Below are positions 23,031-35,297 of a DNA stretch of 44,386 bases, piece after piece. The notes under the pieces are model-generated. The model made no database searches and was not told the DNA's origin. It worked only from the letters and a program-made list of their open reading frames with translations. Origin of the DNA: Chiloscyllium plagiosum (taxonomy: Eukaryota); the NCBI RefSeq assembly GCF_004010195.1, contig NW_025214476.1, positions 1 through 44,386 on the forward strand, given 5' to 3'. Every line of letters begins with the position of its first letter. Position 1 is the stretch's first letter. The position numbers were made by a program, and so were the translations under genes.

Positions 23031-23589
23031 TCCAGAAGGATGGGTCGAACAGGATGAGTCAGGATTTGAGGGGTCCAATGACAAGAATGAAAACTCAAAA
23101 TAAAAGCATTGCCAGACGATTAGTACTCTCACATTTGCAATCCAACTCACATAACCAGCCCATCCATTATACTTTCAGGATGGAGCACTGTATAGATCCG
23201 GCTAGTGTACAGCTGTATGCAACTCAGTAATGTCCACAGTGGAATTCTGTGCAGCCCACACCAATGCTTGATCTATAATCCTGGGCTAAATGTCCAGCAT
23301 GGGGAGATGTACAGACCGCACTGGTTCATTCATATATAAACCCAGACTGTTGTATTGTTCGATAACACTGTGTTAGATCACTGCCCAGTGTGGAGAAACA
23401 TGTAACCAATGCTGAAAGTGACAGGATGTGCAGCTCCCATCCATTTACAACTCCATAGCTCTACTGTGCCTTGACAAGGGGTGCTGCGAATGTGAAAATC
23501 ACTGCGAGGAAGAGATGTAAATTGAAACAATTTAAGTACCAATAGTTCTGATTAAGGCGCATATCAATCTAGCATTTAAAGTTGAAATA

Positions 23590-26070
23590 ACTGAGATAAT
23601 ATCCAATGAGGTTTTGTGAACGGTGCAAAGAAGTAAGAGGGGGATGGTGATGTTATAATGGTTGCACTATAAGCCTCCAAGTAATCAATGGGAATTAGAG
23701 GAACAAATATTCAGGGAGACTGGCGAGACTTGCAGGAGCAATAGGGTTGTCATAATAAGTGATTTTAATTTTTCTAACAGAGACTGGGACTTCCAGAGGG
23801 TTAAGAACTTAGATGGAATGTAATTTGTTAAGTGCGTTCAGGAAAGCTTCCACAAGCAGTATGTAGAGGGTCCCACTCGGGAAGTGATTGGAGCTGTATT
23901 AATTTTAAAGTAGTTATGGTAGGGACAAAATTGGTCCACAGATTCAAGTTCTAAATTGGGGCAAGGCGCATTTTGTTGGAATTAGACAGGGGATTGCAGT
24001 GGATGATTAGAATAGTTTGTTTCGAAGTAAAAGAATCCCGGGCAAGTGGGAGGGCTTCAAAAGTGAGATAGCTCGAGGTCAAGGTCTGCATGTTCCTGTG
24101 AGGGTGAAGGGAAAGTGAGGCTGGAAGAGAGAACCGAGAATGACAAGAATATTGAGGCTCTGACCAGAAAAAAAGGAGGCGTGGCTCAGGTACAGGCAGC
24201 TGGGACCAAGGGAAGCTCTGGAGGTACACGGGGATACAGGAGTTTACTGAAGAAGGAAATCAGCAGGGCTAAAGTGGGGTATGAGATAGCCTTGGCTGAG
24301 CAGATTAGGGTGAATCCAAATTCAGGATAAGAAAGAAAACGAACAACCAGAGAGAGAACAGGACGTCTTAAAATCCAAAATAGGCATGCATATGTAAAAC
24401 CTCAAGAGCTGGTTGAGGTCCTCAATTCCCCCTCTGTGTTTACCATAAAGAAAGTCATGAAGACCTGTGACCTTTGGGAGGTTAGTTGTCATATCTTGGT
24501 ACAGTCAATATCACAGTAGAGATGTTGATGGACATATTAGAATGCATAAAGTCAGATAAATCTCTTGGTCCTGACCAGAGCAAGAGGCGAGAGAAGACAG
24601 TTCAGGGGCCAACGTCCAGGAAGACTGGGCGATAACAAACGTGCCCTTATTCAAGAAGGGCTGCAAAGAAAAGCCTGGGAAAGATAGACCAGTAAGCTTC
24701 ATATCTGGTTTCGGTAAACCGCTTGAGAAGGTTCAGAGATATAAGATATGCATGCATTTGGAAAAACAGAGTTTGACTTGGAGCAGTCAGCATAGCTTTG
24801 TGCGTGGCGGATCATGCCTTACAAATTTTGTTAGAGTTTTTGAGGAAGTTACCAGGAAGGTTGACAAGGGCAGGGTGGTGGACATAGTCTATATGGATTT
24901 CAGTAAGGCCTTTGATAAGGTTCCACATGGTAGGCCGCTCTGGAAAGTCAGATCGCATGGACTCCAATGTAAACTGGCAAATTGGATACACAATTGGCTT
25001 GACGTTATGAAGCAAATGGCTATGGTGGAGGTATGCTTGTCGGACCGGAGGCCTGTGACTAGTGGAGTATCTCAGTGGTCGGTCCTGGGCTCATAGCTGT
25101 TTGTTATCTATATCAATGATTTGGACCAGAGTGCACAATGCAAGGTTAGTGAGTTTGCAGATGACACTAAATTAGGAGGCATCATTTAAATGAGGAACAT
25201 TATCAGAAATTGCAGCAGTACCTTGGTCAGCTGAGGAAGTGGGCTGAGAAATACCAAATGGAGTTTAATATAGATAAGTGTGATGTTTTGCAATTTGAAA
25301 AGTCAAATCCAGGTAGGAGTTTAATGATGAATGAGAGGGTCTTAAGGCGTGTAGTGGAACAAAAGGACTTTTGAGATCAGGTTCACGGTTATCTGAAATT
25401 TGAGTCACAGATACACAGGACAGTGAAGAAGGCTGTTGGCACATTGGCCTTCATCAGCACATTGAGTACAGACGTTGCGACGTTATGTTGCAGTTGTACA
25501 GGATGTTGGTAAGGCTGCAGTTGAAGTATTGTGTTCAGTTTTTTTCACCTTGCTCTAGAAAGGATATTATTGAACTAGAAAGAGTGTAGAAGAAATTTAC
25601 AAAGATATTTCCTGGGCTAAAGACTCTAAGTTATAGCCAAAGGTTGGACAGGTTAAAACTTATTTATTTGCAGCGTCGGAAACTGAGGGGGTTCTTATCA
25701 AGGTGTAACTCTTATAAAATCATGAGAGGCGTGCATGGGGTGAATACTTCAATTTTTTTCCCAAGGTAGGGGAATTGAGGACTAGAGGACATCCATTAAT
25801 GTTTGGAAAGGAAAAAATATGTGAAAAGGAACCTGAGGGGCAACGTTTTTACACAGAGCTGCATATGGACTGAGCTGCCAAGGGAAATGATTGAGGTGGG
25901 TACAATAACAACATTGAAAAGGCATTTGGACAAATGCACAGATAGGTAAGGATTAGACGGGTACAGAGCAAGGGCAGGGAAATACGGTGAGTGTGGATGG
26001 ACATTTTAGTTGGCATGGACCAGTTGGGCCAAATGGCCAGCCATACTGGCAGACTCGTGCAGTATGACTG
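23590..26070 (+). mobile_element. CR1 LINE ORF2 (EN to 3' end), decayed
   Basis: 'YKPP' and 'DFNF..DW' (EN), ORF 24641-25096 'PLFKKGCKEKPG..RPVS...DIVYMDFSKAFDKVPH', and 'tttgcagatgacactaaa' (FADDTK). Confidence 0.9.
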
Positions 26071-26623
26071 TCAATGCGTGTGTTTTGCAGTGGAGGCAGA
26101 GTGGGGGAGACTGAGAAAAATGTCATTGAAGGATAAGTTCACAGGTTTCAGAATGCTGAAATGAAGACATTTCGATAGTATCATGCAACACGGGTCAGTA
26201 TTATGAAGAATTAGTGAAAGGAATATTGCTGCGAGTTCAGGCGATGGAGAGTTTTGGATGAGCATTTGTTCTGCAGCTTTGTAACTGGGAGTGAGGACAG
26301 CAGAGTCTTCGCCTTATTGGGCTGAATCTAACAAAAAACTGTCTCAGTGACATTTTCATTAAGTGTGACATGGGGGTTGTCTGCACGAGGCCGAGCTAGT
26401 TTTCTGGTGCTATCTTACCAAGCTCATCTCATTAACTACACATCCCACTCCATAGTGTCCCTCTCATACATTCTCCCACCCATCATGACTGGAAGTACTC
26501 ACTCTCGCCCGGATGCCCTTGGATATTCCGTGATTCCTCACCCTGGGGTCATCTGTAAAAGGTCAATGGGCACACAGTTGCGCTATCTCAGTTTGGAGCT
26601 GCCCTGCACAGTTTACCCCGAGC

Positions 26624-26846
26624 ATGGCAGCTAAGGGGAAATTACAACATGGTTTGTCGACAGCAGCTTGGAGGTCCTGGTGGATGGGCTAGTACAAAAG
26701 GGGACCATTCTCTTCCCAGAGGGATCACACTACCAGACCCACCGAGCTGGTCTGCGCTCGCCACCGACCTCAGAGCAGTATTTGCGGTCTGAAGAAAAGT
26801 CCAGCAAAACAGGACAAGCATCAATAACCTTCCCCACTCTGTCAGG
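26624..26846 (+). mobile_element. Harbinger-type Myb/SANT-like DNA-binding protein exon relic
   Basis: Stitched frames read 'MAAKGKL..WFVDSSLEVLVDGLVQKGTILFP...THRA(W)SALATDLRAVFAV*RKVQQNRTSINNLPHSVR', followed by a decayed donor (ataag). Confidence 0.65.
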
Positions 26847-27471
26847 ATAAGGGTCACCATACTTTCTCTGCTCGTTCACACTCACTGTATATCTGTTATA
26901 GCACCGACTCCCGAACAAGGCTCATGCTCCACCACTCTCACGACTGCATGCAGCACTTTCCCTCTCTTTCTCTCTTGCCTTTCTCATCCCACCCCCCCCC
27001 CCCCCCCCCCCCATATTTATAGAATATTCTGGAGAATGACAATTATGGAATGTTTTAAATAATGTTCCAACTTATTCCCAATTCAGGATAACGGCTGTGC
27101 CCCAATGTGTAACATGTAAGAGGATAGAGTAGAGATGTACGTTTTTGAAATCACACACAATTAAAATCCATCATGAGACCATTCAGTACTTCAAATATGC
27201 TCCAAAATTCAATACGTTCGGGGGTGATCAGATGGTTTTCTCAGCTCCATGTTACAGTAACTTTCAGTCATTCAACCACCAGGTTCCTGTTACTGAGCAG
27301 ATGGTTCTCAGACACCTTTTACTCCGGGTTGCTTCTAGCACGTGTTCAGAAGGCATTTCCCATGGGGACGGACTCTCCTTACAATATATTTTATCTGCTT
27401 TATAAATTCATACAACAGTCAGCATGCTTTCCACAGACCAATCAAAAACATGCACTTATTTTATGTTTATG

Positions 27472-28130
27472 AAAGGTTTGTGAAGGTTTGTAGCTCAGGT
27501 TGATGTTTCGGGTGTAGGGTTTGCTCGCTGAGCTGTAGGTTTGATATCCAGACGTTTCATTACCTGGCTCGGTAACATCATCAGTGGCGACCTCCAAGTG
27601 AAGCGAAGCTGTTGTCTCCTGCTTTCTATTTATATCTTTCTCCTGGATGGGGGTTCCTGGGGTATTTCTGTTCGTTTTCTGACGGGTTGATAGATGGTAT
27701 CTAGATCTATGTGCTTGTTTATAGCGTTGTGGTTGGAGTGCCAGGCCTCTAGGAATTCTCTGGCATGTCTTTGCTTTGCCTGTCCCAGGATATATGTGTT
27801 CTCCCAGTCGAAATGGTGTTTTTCATCCATGTGTAGGGCTACGAGGGAGAGAGGATCGTGTCTTTTTGTGGCTAGCTGGTGTTCGTGTATCCTGGTGGCT
27901 AACTTTCTTCCTGTTTGTCCTTCGTAGTGTTTGTGGCAGTCTTTGCATGGAATTTTGTAGATGACGTTGGTTTTGTCCATGGGTTGTACTGGGTCTTCAA
28001 AGTGTGTTAGTTTTTGTTTGAGAGTGTTGGTGGGTTTGTGTGCTACTAGGAATCTGAGGGGTCTTAGTAGTCTGGCTGTCATTTCTGGAACTTCTTTGAT
28101 GTATGGTTAGGTGGTTAGGGTTTCTGGCTG
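27472..28130 (-). mobile_element. Penelope-like element (Poseidon-type) 3' fragment with GIY-YIG domain
   Basis: ORF 27630-28082: 'NVIYKIPCKDCHKHYEGQTGRKLATRIHEHQLA...HFDWEN..ILGQ...REFLEAWH...IN'. Confidence 0.92.
27548..27587 (-). ncRNA. Minimal type I hammerhead ribozyme, core intact
   Basis: Minus strand reads cca-CTGATGA-t-gttacc-gagcca-ggtaat-GAAA-c-GTC-tgg: stem I cca/tgg, a 5-6 bp stem II and a GUC cleavage triplet. Confidence 0.75.
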
Positions 28131-28344
28131 TTGTGGTTATTGATATCCAATCACAATTAGTCATTCTGGTTATTTCACTTGTCTCACCTTATTGTATTCA
28201 GCCAGACAGACTCCAAACACTTGTCTCTTTATAAAATACAATTTCTAGCAGAGAACATTTTTATCTCAAATATACCTTTTTCCTTGTCATTAAAATTTTT
28301 CTTACCCTTTGTCTGTGACTGATTCTGTGTGTAACAGTTACACA

Positions 28345-28530
28345 GTCTCCCACTCAGTTGGCTGGATAGTTGGTTTGTGATGTAGAGGGAGGCCACTAGC
28401 GCAGGTTCAATTCCCCACACTGACTGAGGTTACCATGAAGGGGATGCTCTCTCAACCTCACCCCATCACCCGTGTGGAGACCTTCAACATAAACCACCAT
28501 GAGTGGTCTCTCTAATGAGAGTTATTTGGG
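28345..28530 (+). mobile_element. tRNA-derived SINE, old
   Basis: A-box-like 'ctcagttggc' and B-box-like 'ggttcaattcc', followed by a non-tRNA body. Confidence 0.55.
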
Positions 28531-29548
28531 ACTCTAATCTATCAATGTTAGCATTTTAATTTTTTAATAATTTTTTATTGAAAAATATATTTTTATTATG
28601 AGATTAAACCAATAACAAAACAACTCTAATAACTGAACAAAATTACACCCATGTGCATGTATATAAAAATAAGTTAAAGTTTCTAAACAGATAGAAGAAA
28701 AACAAAAATAAACAATAAATAATAAATAAATAATACGGCTCAGCATAACAAAGTGATAGCTCTCGTTCTTCGAGAGCATTAACTGATACACATTCATACG
28801 TTCATAATTCATAATATGTGATTCATTAGACAATATCGTCATGGCTATATAAAAGCCCTTTTTAGAGTGGCAGATAAGCCTGTATCGCGGTAATCCAAAA
28901 AGGGTTGCCATATCTTATATAAATCTCTGCTTCTGTGCACCATACTGATGAGAAATTCCAAAGGGATATTCTCCATGACGAGCTTACAACCACCCAACAG
29001 ACCAGGAGGTTTTTCAGACATCCAACACAACAGAACATTCTTCCTGGCACAGGAAGTATGGGGGAGATATTAAACGAGTATTGTGCATCAGTATTTACTG
29101 TGGAAGAGGATATGGAAGATATAAAATGTAGGGAAATAGATGGTGATACCTTACGAAATGTCCATATTACAGAGGAGGAAGTGCTGGATATCTTGAAACG
29201 GATAAAGGTGGATAAATCCCCAGTACCTGATCAGGTGTACCCCAGAACTCTGTGGGAAGCTAGAGAAGTGATTGCTGGGCCTCTTGTTGAGATATTTGCA
29301 ATATGGATAGTTACAGGTGAGGTGCCGGAAGACTGGAGGTTGGCTAACGTTGTGCCATTGTTTAAGAAGGGTGTTAAGGACAAGCCAGGGAACTATAGAC
29401 CAGTGAGCCTAACGTTGGTGGTGGGCAAGTTGTTGGAGGGAATCTTGAGGTACAGGGTGGGCATGTATTTGTTAAGTCAAGGACTGATTAGGGATAGTCA
29501 ACATGGATTTGTGCATGAGGTATCATGTCTCACAAACTTGATTGAGTT

Positions 29549-29646
29549 TTTTGAGGAAGTAACAAAGAGGATTGATGAGGGCAGAGGGGTAGATGTGTTT
29601 GGAGGAAGTAACAAAGAAGATTGATGAGGGCAGAGGGGTAGATGTG
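29549..29646 (+). repeat. 49-bp tandem duplication frameshifting the CR1 RT
   Basis: 'gaggaagtaacaaaga.gattgatgagggcagaggggtagatgtg' occurs twice. Confidence 0.9.
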
Positions 29647-29858
29647 ATCTACATGGACTTCAGTAAGGGTTTTGATAAGGTTCCCCATGGGAGACTGAAT
29701 GGCATTGTTAGATCTCATGGAATACAGGAAGAACTAGCTAGTTGATACAGAAATGGCTCAAAGGTAGAAGACAGAGGGTGGTGGTGGAGGGTTGTTTTTC
29801 AGACTGGAGGCCTGTGACCAGTGGAATGCCACAAGGATCGGTGCTGGATTCACTACTT

Positions 29859-30202
29859 NNNNNNNNNNNNNNNNNNNNNNNNNNNNNNNNNNNNNNNNNN
29901 NNNNNNNNNNNNNNNNNNNNNNNNNNNNNNNNNNNNNNNNNNNNNNNNNNNNNNNNNNNNNNNNNNNNNNNNNNNNNNNNNNNNNNNNNNNNNNNNNNNN
30001 NNNNNNNNNNNNNNNNNNNNNNNNNNNNNNNNNNNNNNNNNNNNNNNNNNNNNNNNNNNNNNNNNNNNNNNNNNNNNNNNNNNNNNNNNNNNNNNNNNNN
30101 NNNNNNNNNNNNNNNNNNNNNNNNNNNNNNNNNNNNNNNNNNNNNNNNNNNNNNNNNNNNNNNNNNNNNNNNNNNNNNNNNNNNNNNNNNNNNNNNNNNN
30201 NN
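29859..30202. other. Assembly gap (344 N)
   Basis: Run of n. Confidence 1.
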
Positions 30203-31879
30203 ATTAGTAAGTTTGCAGATGACTCCAAAATTGGAGGTGTAGTGGAGAGCGAAGAGGGTCACCTCAGATTGTCCAAATGGCCAATGGGCTGAGAAGAGGC
30301 AGATGGAGTTTAATTCAGATAAATGCAAGGTGCTGCATTTTGGGAAAGAAAATCTTAGCAGGAGTTATACACTTAATGGTAAGGTCGCAGGGAATGTTGC
30401 TGAACAAATAGACCTTGGAGTGCAGATTCATAGCTCCATGATAGTGATGTCGCAGGTAGATGGGATAGTGAAGAAGGCTTTTTGTATGGCTTCCTTTATT
30501 GGGCAGAGTATTGTTTACAGGTGTTGGAAGATCATTTTGCGGCTGTACAGGACACTGGTTAGGCCACTGTTGGAATATTGCGTCCAGTTCTAGTCTCCTT
30601 CCTATCGGAAAGATATTGTGAAACTTGAAAGGGTTCAGAAAATATTTCAAGGATGTTGCCAGCGTTAGAGGATTTGAGCTATAGAGAGATGCTGAACAGA
30701 CTGGGCCTGTTTTCCCTGGAGTGTCAGAGGCTGAGGGCTGAAATTATAGATGTTTACAAAATTATGAAGGGCATGGATTGGGTAAATATGTAAAGTCTTT
30801 TCCCTGGCGTCGGGGAGTCAGAACGAGAGGGGAGAGGTTTAGGGTGAGAGGGGAAAGATACAATAGAGAACTACGGAGCAACTATTTCACACATAGGGTG
30901 GTACGTGTATGGAATGAGCTGCCAGGTGATGTCGGGGAGGCGGATACAAGTGCAACGTTTAAGAGGCATTTGGATGGGTATATGAATTCGAAGGGTTTGA
31001 AGGGTTATGGGCCAGGTGCTGGCAGGTGGTACTAGATTGGTTTGGGATATGTGGTCGGCATAGACGGGTTGGACTGAAGGGTCTGTTTCCATGCTGTACA
31101 TGTCTATGACTCTATGACTAATATTAATCTCTGATTTTTGGTGCACTATGCTCGTGAGAAAGTCCAAAGGGATATTCTCCATGTGGAACTTACAAAGACC
31201 CAACGGACCCGCGGAGTTTTCAGACATCCAACACCACAGAATATCTTTCCTAGCACAGAAAGTAAGGACATATTTTTTTCCCATGTGTATCTGCGTAAGA
31301 TATTCTGGGCAAGCCCAGGAAAAGAGAAACCGGGTCGATTTACAATTCGGTCCCCAAGACCCACTCTACCACACCTAACACAGTGCTCCAATATGTACAA
31401 AGCCTTCAGCAGGACCACATGCAATAGTAAGAGTGCCTGTAGTCATTCTGCATTTAAGACATGCTGTCGGACAGTCCCACTTTGAATTTTGAGAGAAAAT
31501 CTTGGGTCAGATAGAACCTATGAAGAATTTTCAACTGCATGGAATGGGTCCTATTATTGATCAAACTCCTTTGAGCATTTTCACAAATATCTTCCCATGT
31601 CTCCGAAAAAATCTAAACCCCCAACTTCCTCGCACAGACGTCACGAAGCTGCACAGTCTTGTCTGAGGGGACACTCACCAACAAATGACATAGGGAACTG
31701 ACAGAGAGTGTATTCTTTACAATAATCACCTGCTTCTCTGTATCGGATCCATCAGTGTCTGTTAAAATTGTGTTTTTTAATCAAATCTCTAATCTGGAAC
31801 AAAAACAGAAGAGGTCTCTATTAGGTAGTACATACTTATGATTTATTTGATCAAATGATATCATTCTTTCTCCCTCAAG

Positions 31880-32205
31880 TAACACATGGTGGCTCAGTGG
31901 TTTGCACTGCTGACTCACTGCACCAGTGTGACGGGTTTGGTTCCAGCCCTGGGTGACTGGCTGTGTGGATTTAGCATATTCTTAACTGTGTCTGTGTGGG
32001 CTTCCTCCTCCAGTCCAAAGATGTGCATGTTAGATGAATTGGCCATTGATAAATCATTCATAGTGTTCAGGGATGTGTAGGTTTGGACATTAGTCAGGGT
32101 AAATATATAATGGTAGGGGAATGGGACTGGATGGGTTACTCTTCAGAGGGTCGAAGTGGACTTGCTGGGCCCAAGGGCTTGTATCCACACTGTAGGGATT
32201 CTACT
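31880..32205 (+). mobile_element. HE1-type V-SINE
   Basis: tRNA-like head 'ggtggctcagtggtttgcactgctg' and body 'cagtccaaagatgtgca'. Confidence 0.85.
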
Positions 32206-34339
32206 AATTCGAAATCACCCAAGCAAGGCGCACTGCTGGCTGCCCATAGATTAAACCTGGAATCCATTATCCCCGGTTGACAGCCCGGTATATCAATTAT
32301 AGGGGTAAGAAACATGGGGGCTGTATTGCCCTCGATCTGACGCATTGTCCTTCAAGTTTTAACAGTATTGATAATAATTAGCTTATGACAATACTTCATA
32401 AATGTTGTCATTTTATCTAAGAACTACAGACCAATAAGGGTTCACTTTGTCATTTTGATGCCGAGTCCTCAGCCGCCCAGGCACTCACATACGATGAAAA
32501 GAGCTTAATTGCTTGCTTTTAATCTGGGAGATCTACCCCCCACAATCTGTGGGGCAGTAGCAATTTTGTTAGCTTGGTATAGAATCGCTTATGGGGCCAA
32601 ATAAAAGAGCTAAACCAGCCATTGTGTTTCCGAAATATCTGTCTGGGAAACATCAAAGGAAGCATTTACACAGGGTATAACAAATGAGGAAGGACATTCA
32701 TTTCAATAACAGCTATCCGACCTAGCCAGGATATTTGAAATGCCTCCCATCTTTGAAGGTCTTGTTTAATTTTGTCAAACAAATGGGCATAGTTCACGTT
32801 AAATAAATGATCAAAGACAGATGTAATGAATATACTGAAATAGGGAAACCACCCCCGTGACCATTTAAAAGGAAACCAGGATTTGGCCTCAGTATCAGGT
32901 ATTTCCCTAAGACCTCCCATAGGCATGGCCTCCAACTTTGTAAAATTAATCTTATCGCCTGGAAAGGCAACAAGCGAATTAATGCATTGCATCACTTGAA
33001 CTACCGAAATTGCGGGATTTGACAAAAACATAAGACCCTCATCTGCATACAATGTAATCTTACGTGACTTCTATCCCACTTCTGGGGCAGATATGTTGGC
33101 ATCCCTACGGTTGGCCTCCGCCAGTGGCTCAATCACCAACTTAAACAACAAATGTGAAATGCGTCAACCTTGTCGGCTGCCTGGAGACATATTAATATTA
33201 CTGGTTGGCACACCATTAGTGAGAACCACAGCCAGAGGATCGCGGTAAAGGATCCTCACCAACTTGATAAAACTTTGCGTCGACCAAACCGTTCTAATGT
33301 ACAGAAGAGATACGGCCACTCAACGCAATCAAATGCCTTCTGTCATCTGAAGCGATCAACAATCCCTGGACAGATTGTTGTTGACACTCTTGAATCATAT
33401 TGAGTGACCTCTTAACATTGTAGGAAGATCTGCGGCCCTTTACAAAGCCAGTTTGGTCCTCTTTGGCAACGGAAGGCAGCAAAGTTTCCAGCCTGATTGT
33501 ACGGGTCTCAGATAGTATTTTGAAACCAACATTTAAAAGTGAGATTGGAGGGTAAGAAGCACAATCTTCCAGGGCCTTCATTTCTTCAGCATCAGAGAGA
33601 TGTGAGCCTCTCTAAAGGATGGAGGGAGGGGTTTGTGACTGTATGAGTGATGGAACATGTTAAACATCAGCCCTGACAATAGGTTTATAAATTATTTATA
33701 AATTTTACTCGGAAATCCATCAGAAATGTGCACCTTTACATTCTGAAGCTGCTTCACACCCTCCTGCGCTGACAATGGTGCATTAAGGCACAACACTTCT
33801 TCGGGGTTACTCCTGAAAAACCCAGGTTCTTGAAAAATGACTCCATCTTAATCCATCTATCCTCAAAATGTTCAGTCTGAAATAATTCGGAGAAAAAATC
33901 TCGGACAGGAGGCATTAATATTTTGGAATTGAAGGTAAGGATCCCAGTACCTTCCCTAATTGAGGTAATGGCTTGAGAGGGGTGCTCGTTTTCCTGGCAA
34001 GATAGACTAAATACCTGTCTGGCTTATCACAATGTTCATACAGACTTTGTTTTGCAAAAGTAAGTTCCTTCTTGTCTGTCAGTGTGAGGGTGGAATTCAC
34101 TGTAGACCGAAGCATTGTGATCCTCTGCAGCTTAGCCACTGAGGGTCAATCACAGTATGCCCTCTCGGCTGCCCTCAGCTGTGCCTCAAACCAGCGTTCC
34201 TGCTCCCCCTTCTGCTGCATCCTAAGGAATAATTATTGCCTTGGCATAAGCCTTAGTAATTTCTCATAGAGTGGATGAGTTACTGGTTGAATCTCAATTA
34301 ATGGCTGAGAAAGATCTGAAATCATTGCAGTGAGCGGCC

Positions 34340-34655
34340 CGCTGCCACAGTGGCACAATGGTTAGCACTGCTGCTTCATAGTGCTAGAAACCCGGGTTCA
34401 ATTCCCGCCGCAGTTGACTGACTGTGTGGAGTTTACGCATTCTCCCCGTGTCTGCGTGGGTTTCCTCCGGGTGCTCCGGTTTCCTCCCACAGTCCAAAAA
34501 TGTGCAGGTAAGGTGAATTGGCCATGCTAAATTGCCCGTAGTGTTAAGTGAAAGGGTAAATGTTGGGGAATGGGTCTGGGTGCGTTGCGCTTCGGCGGGT
34601 CAGTGTGGACTTGTTGGGCCAAATGGCCTGTTTCTGCACTGTAAGTAATCTAATC
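34340..34655 (+). mobile_element. HE1-type V-SINE, full length
   Basis: A box 'tggcacaatggtt', B box 'ggttcaattcc', V-domain 'ttctccccgtgtctgcgtgggtttcctccgggtgctccggtttcctcccaca' and an (aatct)n tail. Confidence 0.92.
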
Positions 34656-35004
34656 GAAATACTCAATGAACTAACTAGTCTTGACAATAAAGGGGTACAT
34701 TCGCCAATGTATCCAAACTGCTATATTGCTCTTAATCAATACGTATACTGCTGCATGGTCAGTAACGGTAATATTCCCAATTGTATAGGATGCCACCAAA
34801 TCTAAGATTTTTGCAGGGATGGGGAATATATCGTGTGGTATTTCTGCGGGTTAAAGAAGAAAATAAAATCTCTACTTGTGATGTAGATCAGCCTCCAGAC
34901 ATCCACCAGCTCGAGTTCTGCACACAAATCCACTAATTGCTTACATTATAACGAGGGTATTGGAGCACCTTTGGACATTCTGTCCACGGTGGGGTCCATA
35001 AGAC

Positions 35005-35297
35005 GAGATTACTTACTTACAGTGTGGAAACAGGCCCTTCGGTCCAACAAGTCCACACCGCCCTGCCAAAGCGCACCCCACCCATACTCCTACATTTACC
35101 CCTTACCTAACACTACAGACAATTTAGCATGGCCAATTCACCTGTCCTGCACATCTTTGTGACTGTGGGAGCAAACCGGAGCACCCGGAAGAAACCCACG
35201 CAGACACGGGGAGAATGTGCAAACTGAGGCGGGAATTGAACCCGGGTTTCTGGCGCTGTGAGGCAGCAGTGCTAACCACTGTGCCACCGTGCCACCC
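35005..35297 (-). mobile_element. HE1-type V-SINE, full length, probable 9-bp TSD
   Basis: Reverse complement of the 34340 copy, flanked by ccataagac (34996-35004) and ccaaaagac (35296-35304). Confidence 0.92.

Larger units (their letters stand above)
29055..31118 (+). mobile_element. CR1 LINE, 5'-truncated, among the best preserved in the window
   Basis: ORF 28935-29624 'DKSPVPDQVYPRTLWEAREVIAGPL...KPGNYRPVSLT..SQHGF', 'ISKFADDSK', and a tail ending '(atgactct)n' at about 31107-31118. Confidence 0.93.

Noticed and set aside
27060..27180. Possible decayed second GPCR exon 1 (YPELGI on minus)
   Set aside because: Similarity is too short, spacing differs from the 17755 exon, and there is no donor site.
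28935..29624. 229-aa ORF as a functional gene
   Set aside because: Chance fusion of antisense L1 sequence to a truncated CR1 ORF2, ended by a 49-bp duplication.
34345..34415. tRNA gene (A and B boxes)
   Set aside because: It is the tRNA-derived head of a SINE, continuous with the V-domain body and tail.
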